The position numbers and the translations under genes were made by a program. A stretch of 58,541 nucleotides of DNA from a bacterium (lineage in GTDB: Bacteria; Patescibacteriota; CG2-30-54-11; JBAXVQ01), in the NCBI GenBank assembly GCA_037128935.1, contig JBAXVQ010000004.1, forward strand, positions 1-58,541, given 5' to 3'. Shown here piece after piece: positions 34,530 through 44,861 of the stretch. The notes below the pieces were generated by a model, which saw nothing but the letters and a program-made list of their open reading frames with translations, searched no databases and was not told the origin of the DNA. Each line of letters opens with the position of its first letter. The first letter of the stretch is position 1.

Positions 34530-35828
34530 ATGAAAGACTTTTTTCGTTGGATGCAGCCTGGAATTGGCATAAAGCGCTGGGTTGTGATGATAGGTGCTGG
34601 GCTTATTTTTGTGTCGCTTGGGATAGCTATGTTATTAGTAAATTTCTATCGCACTGTAGGCTTTAGCGGCGTGGCTGGTGTATTTGCATATTATTCAACT
34701 GGTCAGTTTATCACTCGACCATGGCGTGCAGTTCTTTTGATTCTAGGTGGTGGTATTTTTGCTACTTACGGAACTTGGCACTTCCAAAGTGCTTTTTTAG
34801 AGCCATTTTTAACTCGAAGAGAAAAGCTTTTTGATACGCTACAACGATATTATAGAGCAAACCGTGGTCCAAGGATTGTTACCATAGGTGGCGGTACTGG
34901 GATGTCGCTGCTTCTGAGGGGTGTAAAAGAATATAGCAATTCAATTACCGCAATTGTTACTGTTGCTGATAGTGGTGGAAGTTCAGGCCGCTTGCGAAAA
35001 AATCTTGGTGTACTCCCACCTGGTGATATTCGGCAAAATATTATTGCTCTTTCTGATACTGAGTCGTTAATGGCCAAACTTTTTGACTACCGGTTTGAAG
35101 GCGACCGTTATGGCGAAGGACTTTCGTTAGAAGGGCAAAATTTTGGTAATCTTTTCTTGGTTGCGATGAATAATATTACTGGTGATTTTGCTAAAGCTGT
35201 AACCGAATCTTCAAGAATTTTAGCTATTAGAGGAAGGGTTTTGCCTTCTACTGTTACACCGATTACGCTTTGTGCTCGATTAAAAAACGGCGAAATTATC
35301 AGAGAAGAAGAGAATATCGATCTTGGAAAATTTGTGGCATCACCTATTGAAAAAGTTTTTCTAGAACCCGAAGCTCCAACAGCTCTTCCGGAGGCTGTGG
35401 ATGCTTTAAAAAAAGCAGAGATTATTATTCTCGGTCCTGGTGATCTCTACACCAGCATATTACCTAATTTATTGGTACCAGAGATCAGTGAAGCTATAAA
35501 ACAGTCTTCAGCTGTCAAATTTTTTGTTTGCAATGTTGCAAATAAGCCAACAGAAACTGCGAATTACAGTGTAAGTAGCTATTTGGAAACTTTTGTAAAA
35601 CACATAGGTGATCCTTTAGTACATTTTGTGTTGATCAATAACAATTTTGATAACCCACCTAGAAGAGAAACTACACCTTACGTAAAAATTGATCAGGAAA
35701 AATTTAAAGAGTATAGAAAAATAACGTTTGTGCAGGATGATTTTATCGAACCAACCTTTACTGTTCGTCATGATCCCAAAAAAGTTGCTTCGGCTATCAT
35801 GACCTTGTTTAAAGAGGTGAACTTTTAA
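34530..35828 (+). CDS. yvcK: YvcK/CofD-family (UPF0052, gluconeogenesis factor-like) protein with N-terminal membrane extension
   Basis: 432 aa. IVTIGGGTGMSLLLRGVK…TAIVTVADSGGSSGRLRKNLGVLPPGDIRQN. The first ~100 aa contain 2-3 hydrophobic helices. Confidence 0.82.
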   Translation: MKDFFRWMQPGIGIKRWVVMIGAGLIFVSLGIAMLLVNFYRTVGFSGVAGVFAYYSTGQFITRPWRAVLLILGGGIFATYGTWHFQSAFLEPFLTRREKLFDTLQRYYRANRGPRIVTIGGGTGMSLLLRGVKEYSNSITAIVTVADSGGSSGRLRKNLGVLPPGDIRQNIIALSDTESLMAKLFDYRFEGDRYGEGLSLEGQNFGNLFLVAMNNITGDFAKAVTESSRILAIRGRVLPSTVTPITLCARLKNGEIIREEENIDLGKFVASPIEKVFLEPEAPTALPEAVDALKKAEIIILGPGDLYTSILPNLLVPEISEAIKQSSAVKFFVCNVANKPTETANYSVSSYLETFVKHIGDPLVHFVLINNNFDNPPRRETTPYVKIDQEKFKEYRKITFVQDDFIEPTFTVRHDPKKVASAIMTLFKEVNF

Positions 35829-35874
35829 CTATTTCTTTTGTTCTTGCAGCCTTCTTCTGGAATCAGTAAGCTTA

Positions 35875-36591
35875 GTGGTAATGGAAATCGCAGGAGGACT
35901 TGTCATTAGTTCCAGCAAAAAAAAACAAACTACATCAAGAAAACCAGCTTCTGTAAAGCCAAAAAGTCAAAAGGCTTCGGTTAAAGAAGTTAAGTCTAAA
36001 GCTGTGCAGGATGCTATTGACGAAACGTTAACTGAGAAAATATCAGAAATACTTGCTGTGCATGAACCGAAGAAGCACCTTCTTTCACCTGGAAGAAGTG
36101 CATTTAACATTTTTTTCGTTGGCTGGGCTGTAACGATGGTTGATCAGATTACAAAGTTTTTGGCACTAGTGTTTCTTAAGCCAGTTGACCGTTTATCAGT
36201 ATTACTGTTTGATCTACGTTATGTTCAAAATACTGGTGCTGCTTTTGGAATTTTGCAAAACTCAACGCTGTTTCTAACGTTTATTTCTTTAGTGTTTGTT
36301 ACTGGGGCATTGAGCATTACAGTTATTCTCTCAGCAATGCCTAAGTCTGCACTGGCAAAAAGCATTCATCATTACACGCAACACCAGTTGGGAACTGCTG
36401 GGCTAGGATTAATTTTCGGTGGTGCTTTGGGCAATTTGCTAGATAGGACAATACGTGAGTATGTTATCGATTTTGTTGACTTTCGTGTCTGGCCAGTGTT
36501 TAATTTTGCAGACGCCTGCATTGTAGTGGGCATTATTTCCTTAGTCTGGGTATGGTACAAATATGATCAATCTAACAGTAAAAAAACCTAA
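35875..36591 (+). CDS. lspA: Lipoprotein signal peptidase II (LspA) with Lys/Ser-rich N-terminal extension
   Basis: 238 aa. VQNTGAAFGIL and FNFADACIVVG motifs, 4 TM segments. Confidence 0.85.
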   Translation: MVMEIAGGLVISSSKKKQTTSRKPASVKPKSQKASVKEVKSKAVQDAIDETLTEKISEILAVHEPKKHLLSPGRSAFNIFFVGWAVTMVDQITKFLALVFLKPVDRLSVLLFDLRYVQNTGAAFGILQNSTLFLTFISLVFVTGALSITVILSAMPKSALAKSIHHYTQHQLGTAGLGLIFGGALGNLLDRTIREYVIDFVDFRVWPVFNFADACIVVGIISLVWVWYKYDQSNSKKT

Positions 36592-37591
36592 GATAGCAAC
36601 TCTTGGTAGTCACACCGCTCTACAAATCCTCAAAGGCGCTAATGATGAAGGTTTTTCAACGATAGCAGTCTGTACTAAGGAGCAAGAGGCTATCTATCGT
36701 TCGTTATTTCCTATTGCGGATGAAATTATCGTTATCGATTCCTATCGCGACTTTTTTGATGTCGAAAAAAAGTTGATTGAAGAAAATGCAATAGTTATCC
36801 CTCACGGCTCTTTTGTCGCATATCTTAATCTCGAGGCTCATCAGAAAATGCAGGTGCCTTATTTTGGCAACAAGGATATTCTGAGGTGGGAATTTGATCG
36901 CAAGCAACAAAAACATTGGATGGCTGAAGCTGGCGTTATGTTGCCTCATGTATTTGAAAATCACGATGATATTGATCGTCCGATTATTGTAAAATTTTAT
37001 GGTGCTGGTGGTGGTAAAGGTTATTTTTTCGTTAAAAATAAAGAAGAGTTTCGCCGTGAAGTTGAGCTAAGAAAGCTTGATACCTCTCAAGTTATTTTGC
37101 AGGAATATATTGTTGGATGCCCGGTGTATATTCACTATTTTTATTCTTTGTTGGATGATCGTCTTGAGATAATGAGTCTTGATCGACGCTATGAGACTAA
37201 TGTTGATAGTTTAGGGCGTATCCCTTCAAGCAATCAAAAAGGTATGGAGCTTGATCCGTCATTTGTGGTAATTGGAAATACCCCATTGGTACTGAGAGAG
37301 TCGTTGCTTGGAAAGGTCTATGAAATGGGTAGGGCTGTTGTAGATGTTTCGAAAAAACTTTGCCCTCACAAGGGACTTTACGGTGCATTTTGTTTGGAAA
37401 CTGTTGCGACACCAGATCAAGATTTCTATGTTATTGAAATGTCTGCACGTATTGTTGCCGGAACAAACCTATGTATAAATGGATCTTATTATACTGATCT
37501 TGTTTACGATGTTCCGATGAGCACTGGTAGAAGAATCGCTTTAGAAATAAACAAGGCGATTGAGTTTGGTCGTCTGGATGAAATTGTATAG
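36563..37591 (+). CDS. purP: Archaeal-type FAICAR synthetase PurP (5-formaminoimidazole-4-carboxamide ribonucleotide synthetase), ATP-grasp
   Basis: 342 aa. IATLGSHTALQILKGANDEGFSTIAVC closely resembles the remembered M. jannaschii PurP N-terminus (IATLGSHTSLHILKGAKLEGFSTVCI). Confidence 0.78.
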   Translation: MINLTVKKPKIATLGSHTALQILKGANDEGFSTIAVCTKEQEAIYRSLFPIADEIIVIDSYRDFFDVEKKLIEENAIVIPHGSFVAYLNLEAHQKMQVPYFGNKDILRWEFDRKQQKHWMAEAGVMLPHVFENHDDIDRPIIVKFYGAGGGKGYFFVKNKEEFRREVELRKLDTSQVILQEYIVGCPVYIHYFYSLLDDRLEIMSLDRRYETNVDSLGRIPSSNQKGMELDPSFVVIGNTPLVLRESLLGKVYEMGRAVVDVSKKLCPHKGLYGAFCLETVATPDQDFYVIEMSARIVAGTNLCINGSYYTDLVYDVPMSTGRRIALEINKAIEFGRLDEIV

Positions 37592-37664
37592 TTTTGCGTT
37601 TTAACGTTGCGTTGTTATTTTTGAAGTTAAAAGGTGGTATAGTTTCTGATTACACGGTGTTTCT

Positions 37665-39467
37665 ATGAGCAAACAAAAAACAATTTTTCCCAACCTCTCT
37701 TGGCCCTCAACTTTTTTCGTGCTTTGTGTAATAGTTTTGCTAGGAATTGTTCTCCGTTGCTATGGATTGAACTTTGGATTGCCTGAATTTTATGACTATG
37801 ATGAACCATTTATGGTCGATGCAGCAATGAATATTGCTGCAGGCGATTTAAACCCTCACTACTTTAATTATCCGGCTTCTACTCTTATTTATCCTCTCGC
37901 TGGTTTGTATCGAAGCTATTATCAGATTGAGAAAACAACTGACAACACACTTTCTTTTTCTCTCTTTGCAAAACAACAAGAAATCGATCCATCACTTCTC
38001 TATTTGACTGGAAGGTCTCTTAGTCTGTTGTATAGTTTGGGAAGTATTTTGCTTTTATTTCTGCTGGGGAAACTAGTTTTTTCCAAGAGAGTTGGTTTAC
38101 TCTCCTCTTTCTTTTTAGCCATCTGTCCCTTGGCTGTCGAACGATCTAAAGTGATTCGGGTTGATAGTGCTTTGCTTTTTTTTCTTTTACTGCTGCTTTA
38201 CCTGTCTTTTCGCTACTACCAAACTGGCAAAGCTACCTATGCCTATCTCTCTGGTGCAGCTTTAGGTTTGTCTATAGCTTCAAAATACACTGGGATAGTA
38301 GGTGTTGTTGTTCTTGTTGCAGCACTTTTTCTTCGATGGCGAGAGAAAAACCCAAACAAAATACTTCATCATTTTTTGAGGGTAAGGGAGTTCTTTTTCG
38401 CTCTATTATCGGCTGTAGGGTTATTTCTAATTTCTTCTCCTTTTGTCATTATTGATCACGGTAAAGCTTTTGCTGACTTTTTTTATGAAGCGCGATGGCA
38501 TCAATTGGGGCATGACAGTTTGCCTGGAGTATGGAATTATCTTTGGTATCTGAGCGTTGCACTACCTCAGGCAATGGGTGGGTTTATAACTGTGTTCGGA
38601 ATGCTAGGTGTTGTCTTTGTTCTTTCGCAGTATAGAACAAAAACGATGGCTATTGTTCTACTTTTATTTGGCATCTTCTACTGGTTGTTTGTAGGTACAC
38701 TTCGATTGCAGTGGGTACATTGGATATTGCCAGTTGTACCTGTTCTCTGCCTTTTTGCTGCTTATTCTACCAGTATGTTTATCGATTGGCTGGAGAATAA
38801 ATTAGGTTGGATTACTATACCCATTCCTTTTGCGGTAGGATTATCGGCAAATGTCCATAGTAGTAACAGTGCTTCATTGATGTTGATCACGAAGACATCT
38901 GGAAAGCAAGCAATTTCAGATACATTTGACCAACTTGAAGAAAAAAGATTTTTTACTAGAAATATTCTTCTCACTTCTTTTTTTATTCTGCTTATCAGCT
39001 TAAATCCTGTGTATAGTTCTCTTGTTGATGGTTTTTCTAAATCTACAACTACTACACGAGAGTTAGCTGCGAACTGGATTGTGAATACTGTTCCTGTAGG
39101 TTCCAAGATTGGGAGAGAGATGTTTTCACCAATGCCTTCTAGCAACCTTTATAGCGTGTACTCACCTAATTTCTTAGCCTTCCATCCTATGAAATTTTAT
39201 CAGGAGAATAACTTTGATTACTTGATTTCTACTAGTTATCTCTATGAGCAGTTTGTTAAGGAAAATGCACTGTACCCAACCTATGTGGCTTTTTATGACG
39301 AGTTGTTTTCATCAGCAAAGCTTTCTGCTGAGTTTGCTTCGAATCCCCTGCCCGACACGGTTTGGAAGTTTCTGCTGAAAAAACCATCTTTAAAAAAAGT
39401 GGTTTATGGTTATGATATTAAGATTTATCGGCTTAAGGATAGGTCTTTGTCTTCACCACCTCTTTAA
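37665..39467 (+). CDS. ArnT/PMT-like GT-C membrane glycosyltransferase (GT39/GT83-type)
   Basis: 600 aa, more than 10 TM segments. The first loop carries the acidic motif FYDYDEPFMVDAA, typical of the DE/DD motif of GT-C enzymes. Confidence 0.78.
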   Translation: MSKQKTIFPNLSWPSTFFVLCVIVLLGIVLRCYGLNFGLPEFYDYDEPFMVDAAMNIAAGDLNPHYFNYPASTLIYPLAGLYRSYYQIEKTTDNTLSFSLFAKQQEIDPSLLYLTGRSLSLLYSLGSILLLFLLGKLVFSKRVGLLSSFFLAICPLAVERSKVIRVDSALLFFLLLLLYLSFRYYQTGKATYAYLSGAALGLSIASKYTGIVGVVVLVAALFLRWREKNPNKILHHFLRVREFFFALLSAVGLFLISSPFVIIDHGKAFADFFYEARWHQLGHDSLPGVWNYLWYLSVALPQAMGGFITVFGMLGVVFVLSQYRTKTMAIVLLLFGIFYWLFVGTLRLQWVHWILPVVPVLCLFAAYSTSMFIDWLENKLGWITIPIPFAVGLSANVHSSNSASLMLITKTSGKQAISDTFDQLEEKRFFTRNILLTSFFILLISLNPVYSSLVDGFSKSTTTTRELAANWIVNTVPVGSKIGREMFSPMPSSNLYSVYSPNFLAFHPMKFYQENNFDYLISTSYLYEQFVKENALYPTYVAFYDELFSSAKLSAEFASNPLPDTVWKFLLKKPSLKKVVYGYDIKIYRLKDRSLSSPPL

Positions 39468-39560
39468 TTTTCATCTTGATTGATTGTTCTTGGATTTTAC
39501 TTTTCCCTGTCTATCTTTTACCGTTGTGTATGTAGTTAATTTGCGAGGCTTTATCATAGT

Positions 39561-40694
39561 ATGAGTATCAACATCAGCGGATATTCTGCGAAAAACGTTA
39601 CTATTGGGGTTCTTGGCAGCCACTCTGCACTTGAAATTTCTTACGGAGCAAGGCAGGAAGGTTTGAGAAATCTCGTTGTTTCGCAAAAGGGTCGTGAGAA
39701 AACATATGCAACAACCTATGCAGCAAGATCGGTAAATGGTCGAGATTTTGGTTGCGTGGATGAGGTTTTAGTTTTAGACACATTCAAAGATATTTTGCTG
39801 CCACAGATTCAGCAGCAGATGTTGGACAGGCATGTTATTTTTGTTCCCCATCGCTCATTTGAAGTGTACGTATGCCAAGATAACTACGATGTTTTGTTTA
39901 ACCAGTTTCCGACACCGATGTTTGGGAATCGGGCAATCTTGGCTGCAGAGGAAAGAAATGCTGATCGCAATCAATACTTTCTTCTTGAAAAAGCTGGTAT
40001 CCCCTACCCCCAACAATTTACACAAGCAGATCAGATTGATCGGCTTGTAATTGTAAAAGTACCGGAATCGGAACGAAAGTTTGAACGAGGCTTTTTCTTT
40101 GCACATACGCCTGATGATTTTCGTCATAAGGTTGAAGGAATGCTTGATACAGGAAAATTAACTGAGAAAGAACTTGATGAGGCTGTGATTGAAGAGTTTA
40201 TTTTAGGCCCAACAGTAAACCTTAATTTCTTTTATTCTCCACTTGATAAACGACTTGAGCTGTTAGGAACTGATACGAGAAGGCAAACAAACCTCGATGG
40301 AATTCTTCGTCTTCCAGCAAGTCAGCAGATGGAGATTGCAAGGAACGGGATGAAGCCGAAATTTGAGGAAGCTGGGCATATTGCTTGCACAGTCCTAGAA
40401 TCAATGGTTGAGCAAATTTATGAGCTGGGTGAACGGTTTGTTGCAGCAGCAGCTGAGGAGTATGCTCCTGGGATAATTGGGCCTTTTGCTCTACAATGTG
40501 CGATCAAGTCAGGGCCACCAAAAAAAGAGTTGATTGTGTATGATGTTTCGCTTCGTGTTCCTGGTTCTCCAGGAATAAAAGCTACTCCGTATTCCGAGTA
40601 TCTTTGGGGTGAACCAGTAAGTATTGGGAGAAGGATTGCGATGGAGGTGAAAGAGGCGATGAGGAGGGATCAGTTGGGGATGGTGGTGACGTAG
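39561..40694 (+). CDS. purP: PurP paralog (archaeal-type FAICAR synthetase family)
   Basis: 377 aa. IGVLGSHSALEISYGARQEGLRNLVV… and ATP-grasp C-terminus …YDVSLRVPGSPG. Collinear with 36563-37591. Confidence 0.75.
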   Translation: MSINISGYSAKNVTIGVLGSHSALEISYGARQEGLRNLVVSQKGREKTYATTYAARSVNGRDFGCVDEVLVLDTFKDILLPQIQQQMLDRHVIFVPHRSFEVYVCQDNYDVLFNQFPTPMFGNRAILAAEERNADRNQYFLLEKAGIPYPQQFTQADQIDRLVIVKVPESERKFERGFFFAHTPDDFRHKVEGMLDTGKLTEKELDEAVIEEFILGPTVNLNFFYSPLDKRLELLGTDTRRQTNLDGILRLPASQQMEIARNGMKPKFEEAGHIACTVLESMVEQIYELGERFVAAAAEEYAPGIIGPFALQCAIKSGPPKKELIVYDVSLRVPGSPGIKATPYSEYLWGEPVSIGRRIAMEVKEAMRRDQLGMVVT

Positions 40695-40697
40695 TTG

Positions 40698-41876
40698 CTA
40701 GCTACCGACTGCTTTTGCAAGGACTTCACGGTAAAGCTTCTCTTGCATTTTTTGTTGTGCTCTTTCAAACCTAGTATTAATTTCTTCCGCTGTAAGTTGT
40801 ACATCTGGTTGGTACACCATTTTCAGCGTTGGTAAGCCATTAATTATGATAATATCTGCATCTGATATATTTTCGGAGGGATAAAATTTTAATGATGCAT
40901 ATGTTTTTTGTGCTAAGGTCGTGTCCGCTACAATCTCACCATTATGCGAACGCCCACAACGTGCAGTAAGAAATATCTCCTTGCATGTTGTTCCCTTCAA
41001 ATCTGCTAGGGTTTTATTAAACATCGCGTCAACGACTTTACGTTCATCTATTCCTTCAATGTCCAAAGTACCTCGAACCGTTGGATGAGTTGTTACTTTT
41101 CCAATTTCTAGCTTATCTCCACATTCAATAACGGATAGTGTTCCCAATACTTTCTCTTCACCTATAAACACATAGGTGTTTCTTTTTTGGAATTTTTCAT
41201 AGTCAAGTATTTCTGAAAATGGCACTCTAGGCTGTCTTTCTACTCCATATGAATGTACCAATAGATTCATGGCGCCCAATAATCTACCTAGCTCGTCGTC
41301 AGTTGGCTCGTCTCTGCTTGCTTGTAACTGGTTAAAAATCGGAACTACAAGACCATTTTCTATTACTGTGGCCCTTGCAGTTTTTACTGTTGGATCCCAA
41401 TCTCCCATTCCTGCTAACCAAGTTACTGCTCTTTGCATAATTGCCATATCGGCTACTTCAATATACCAATCTGGGGCATTTTGTTTTTGTAAATGCTCAT
41501 TGGTTTGTATTCTCTGGGCTTCTAAATACTGGTAACCTCGCTGCAGCTCTTCAAGACTAAGTATTGCCTTTTTATTTTGTCTTCTCCAGCTCTCTTCCTT
41601 TTTCTTTCTTATTTGAAATTTTTCTAGCGTTATTTTATCTAAAGCCCAAAACAAAATTTTACCTGTTTTCGTCAGTAACGCAGGATGATACATCAATCGT
41701 AAGTGCTGTTTTTCGAGAACAAAATGAAGGCGAATCGAAACTCGATTTAACAGATCTGTAACTACTTGTTGTTCACTTACTGGATTTACTTTGTCCTTAT
41801 TTCTTCTCTCTGCTAAATTAGCTCTCTCTTCTTCAGTGAGTGTTGAATTCACATTCTGTCCACGTATTTCAAACAT
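40698..41876 (-). CDS. Hypothetical protein (possible GNAT-like C-terminal fold)
   Basis: 392-aa ORF, convergent with purP. No confident motif. Confidence 0.5.
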   Translation of the reverse strand: MFEIRGQNVNSTLTEEERANLAERRNKDKVNPVSEQQVVTDLLNRVSIRLHFVLEKQHLRLMYHPALLTKTGKILFWALDKITLEKFQIRKKKEESWRRQNKKAILSLEELQRGYQYLEAQRIQTNEHLQKQNAPDWYIEVADMAIMQRAVTWLAGMGDWDPTVKTARATVIENGLVVPIFNQLQASRDEPTDDELGRLLGAMNLLVHSYGVERQPRVPFSEILDYEKFQKRNTYVFIGEEKVLGTLSVIECGDKLEIGKVTTHPTVRGTLDIEGIDERKVVDAMFNKTLADLKGTTCKEIFLTARCGRSHNGEIVADTTLAQKTYASLKFYPSENISDADIIIINGLPTLKMVYQPDVQLTAEEINTRFERAQQKMQEKLYREVLAKAVGS

Positions 41877-42109
41877 AATTTTAACTTTATCTCATAAGTC
41901 TCTATAACTTAGTAACGATTTATTTCATTATTTGTTATCTAAAATTTATATTTTAAAGTAAAATTTCAATACTAAAAAGCAAATATTTAAATATAATTGT
42001 TAATATATATTCCAACGAAATTATATCATCATCCAATTTGCCTACAAGGCACCTCTTCACTTACGATGGAGTAACAAGAAATAACAAAAACATGGGAGGC
42101 AAAAACATA

Positions 42110-42337
42110 ATGAATTTTATCATCATTGGTGTCATTGTTGTACTTGCAGGTATTGTTGTGCTTTTTTTAATATCCCGAGCCAAAACAAACGATGATCAAC
42201 AAACACAGTCAAGTCCGCCGATGAATGATTTTTCCGATACGGGTTTTGATAACCATACTTATGATGCATCTTTATCGAATGACTCAGATTTGGATGAAGA
42301 TGATGATGACCATAGAAAACCTGAGCACAATTCTTAA
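42110..42337 (+). CDS. Small single-TM protein with acidic C-terminal tail
   Basis: Start taken at MNFIIIGVIVVLAGIVVLFLISRAK, with GGAGG 10 nt upstream. The tail reads DSDLDEDDDDH. Confidence 0.5.
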   Translation: MNFIIIGVIVVLAGIVVLFLISRAKTNDDQQTQSSPPMNDFSDTGFDNHTYDASLSNDSDLDEDDDDHRKPEHNS

Positions 42338-42366
42338 CTTTCACATCATTAACCGGTACTTATTAT

Positions 42367-43644
42367 ATGCTTGACCTTGATTACATTCGACAGAATCCTG
42401 ACATTGTTCAGGAAAGTATTACTCGACGTAGATTAGGACTGGATGTTGCTGATTTCCTGAAGTATGACGCTGAGCGTCGAGATTTATTACAACGAGTCGA
42501 GGAATTGCGACGGTCTAGAAATACATGGAGTGAGCAAATTCCTAAACTTTCTAACGAAGAAAAGCCAAAAGCAATAGATGAAGTGCGCACTATAAAGTCT
42601 GTGTTAGCTGAACTTGAACCAAAACTTGAGACTGTTGAAACTGCATTTAAACGTTTTCACCGCGATATTCCAAATATTCTTTCACCTGATGTTCCTTTTG
42701 GTAAAGATGATACTGAAAACACAGAATTGCGCGTTTGGGGAAAGAAGCCTGATTTTGATTTCACACCCAAAGATCATTTAGAACTTGGAATCGCTTTGGA
42801 TTTGCTGGACTTTGAAAAAGCTACTTTAGTTACTGGAAGTAAGTTTTATTTTCTTAAGAATGAAGCCGTTCTTCTGCAGTTGGCTTTGCAACAATATGCT
42901 TTGGATTTGCTGCTAAAAGAGGGATTTTCTCCAATATACTCTCCGGTGTTGGCTAAAAATGAGATTCTTGATGGTGCTGGATTTAATCCTCGTGGGGAAG
43001 AAAAACAAATTTATGTTGTTGAAGAGGAAGATCTTTCTCTGATTGCAACTTCGGAAATTACTTTAAATGGTTATTTTGCTAATACTGTGCTGGAAGAGAA
43101 GGATTTGCCAATCAAGATGGTTGGAATTTCTGAATGTTATCGAAGAGAAGCGGGTAGTTGGGGACGCTTTTCTAAAGGTCTTTATAGAGTTCATCACTTT
43201 CTCAAAGTTGAAATGTTTATATTTTGCAAACCAGACCAGTCGGGCGAAATGCATGAGTATCTTCTCGGATTAGAGGAAAAAATTTACCAAGGGCTTGAAA
43301 TTCCATACCGTGTCGTGAATATTTGCGATGGAGATCTTGGAGCAGTGGCTTACAAAAAGTATGATCTAGAAGCGTGGATGCCAGGGCGTGACGGCGGTAG
43401 CTGGGGTGAAATCACTAGTTGCTCAAACTGTACTGATTACCAAGCTCGTAGGTTGAATATTAAATTTAAAGATGCAGGTGGGAATAAGCAACTGGTGCAT
43501 ACACTTAATGGAACAGCGATTGCGATGTCACGAACACCGATTGCAATTTTCGAAAATTTTCAACAGGCGGATGGTAGTATAAAAATTCCACCAGTTTTGC
43601 AGCAATATATGGGTGGTAGAACTGTTATTACTTCAAAAAATTAG
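42367..43644 (+). CDS. serS: Seryl-tRNA synthetase
   Basis: 425 aa. N-terminal coiled-coil arm. Class II motifs (ISECYRREAGS, GEITSCSNCTDYQARR, LNGTAIAMSRT). Confidence 0.93.
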   Translation: MLDLDYIRQNPDIVQESITRRRLGLDVADFLKYDAERRDLLQRVEELRRSRNTWSEQIPKLSNEEKPKAIDEVRTIKSVLAELEPKLETVETAFKRFHRDIPNILSPDVPFGKDDTENTELRVWGKKPDFDFTPKDHLELGIALDLLDFEKATLVTGSKFYFLKNEAVLLQLALQQYALDLLLKEGFSPIYSPVLAKNEILDGAGFNPRGEEKQIYVVEEEDLSLIATSEITLNGYFANTVLEEKDLPIKMVGISECYRREAGSWGRFSKGLYRVHHFLKVEMFIFCKPDQSGEMHEYLLGLEEKIYQGLEIPYRVVNICDGDLGAVAYKKYDLEAWMPGRDGGSWGEITSCSNCTDYQARRLNIKFKDAGGNKQLVHTLNGTAIAMSRTPIAIFENFQQADGSIKIPPVLQQYMGGRTVITSKN

Positions 43645-43691
43645 GCCTGTAAGCTTTTGTTGTTTGAAGCGTTATCACTGAATAGAACAGT

Positions 43692-44762
43692 ATGAAGGAT
43701 TATGCCATGAAGATTTTTCGTTTTTTTGTTCTTGTCATACTTGTTTTGTCCTTTTCTGTAGCATCAGCATCAGACTGGCAGAATCAGATTATCCTCAACC
43801 AACTTAAAAACATACTGACAATTCCATCAGGCAGGAAAGCCTTTCCTACTGTTTCTGTTTTTAATGACTCAACCGAAACCCTGTCGTTTGTTACAGATTT
43901 TCTTGATTGCGTAAAAAATGATGACGGGGCATTATCGTGTGATTTAACTAATCAGCCTGGTATTACTTTTTCTGATGTCACCCAGTTTGAAGATCGGCTT
44001 ACCGAAGAGCGATTTGTTATCGCGCCAGGTGAAGCGAAGTTGTTGCAATTGGGTATTGGCATACCAAGTGATTTTGTTGGAGATGCTCTCTATGGACGTG
44101 TTCGTTTTTCTACAAGAAGAACGTCTCCATCAGGTCAGCTAGTTGATTTTGAACTTTTTTCCACTTTTGAAATTGTAACTAAAGTTGATACTACCCCCAC
44201 TGCAACTGCTTCTCCGCCATCTTCCGTCACTTCTCGTGATGGTTTTTTTGCTGATAATTTTGAGGCAGAGTGGGTTTCTCAAACTCAACCTAAAAATGCG
44301 CTAACTCCTTCTTTTTTGCCACCAACTGGGTATTTTGAATTAAAGGAAAAAGAATCTGTTTTGATAGGAATTGTGATGAAAAACGTTGGAAAAGAGACTT
44401 GGAAAAAAGGTGATGTTACATTTGCCATTTACAAGGATATGAACGTTTTTTCTGCTCCAGCAGGTCTTGGCTATGATGATCCTACAAATGCAAATTTTGG
44501 AAAAAGCTACTTCTTCGATTCAACCTGGTTGTCGGAATACAGGATTGGCACATTAAATGAAACGATCGTTAAACCAGGGGAAAACGGTACATTTTCATTA
44601 CTTTTTCGTGCGCCTGATTATGTTATTGGTGGATCTTACAGAGAAGATATTTCCCTTGCTGCTGGAAAATACTGGATAAAAAATACAAAAAATGGTGATT
44701 CTCTTCATGTTGCTCATGTCTGGGTTGGACTCTATGCAAAAGTTCAAATCTGTTGTAGTTAA
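43692..44762 (+). CDS. Secreted protein; the C-terminal ~190-aa domain is paralogous to the N-terminal domain of 25352-26341
   Basis: 356 aa. Signal peptide …VLVILVLSFSVASA. C-terminal domain ends YREDISLAAGKYWIKNTKNGDSLHVAHVWVGLYAKV. Confidence 0.65.
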   Translation: MKDYAMKIFRFFVLVILVLSFSVASASDWQNQIILNQLKNILTIPSGRKAFPTVSVFNDSTETLSFVTDFLDCVKNDDGALSCDLTNQPGITFSDVTQFEDRLTEERFVIAPGEAKLLQLGIGIPSDFVGDALYGRVRFSTRRTSPSGQLVDFELFSTFEIVTKVDTTPTATASPPSSVTSRDGFFADNFEAEWVSQTQPKNALTPSFLPPTGYFELKEKESVLIGIVMKNVGKETWKKGDVTFAIYKDMNVFSAPAGLGYDDPTNANFGKSYFFDSTWLSEYRIGTLNETIVKPGENGTFSLLFRAPDYVIGGSYREDISLAAGKYWIKNTKNGDSLHVAHVWVGLYAKVQICCS

Positions 44763-44861
44763 CTTGTTTTTTCTCCTTAAGTATCGTTGAACTTGAAAAA
44801 AATAGAAAAATTTGGTAAACTGTTGTGAAATTCTTTATCTACAAACAAAAAGGAAAACTCA

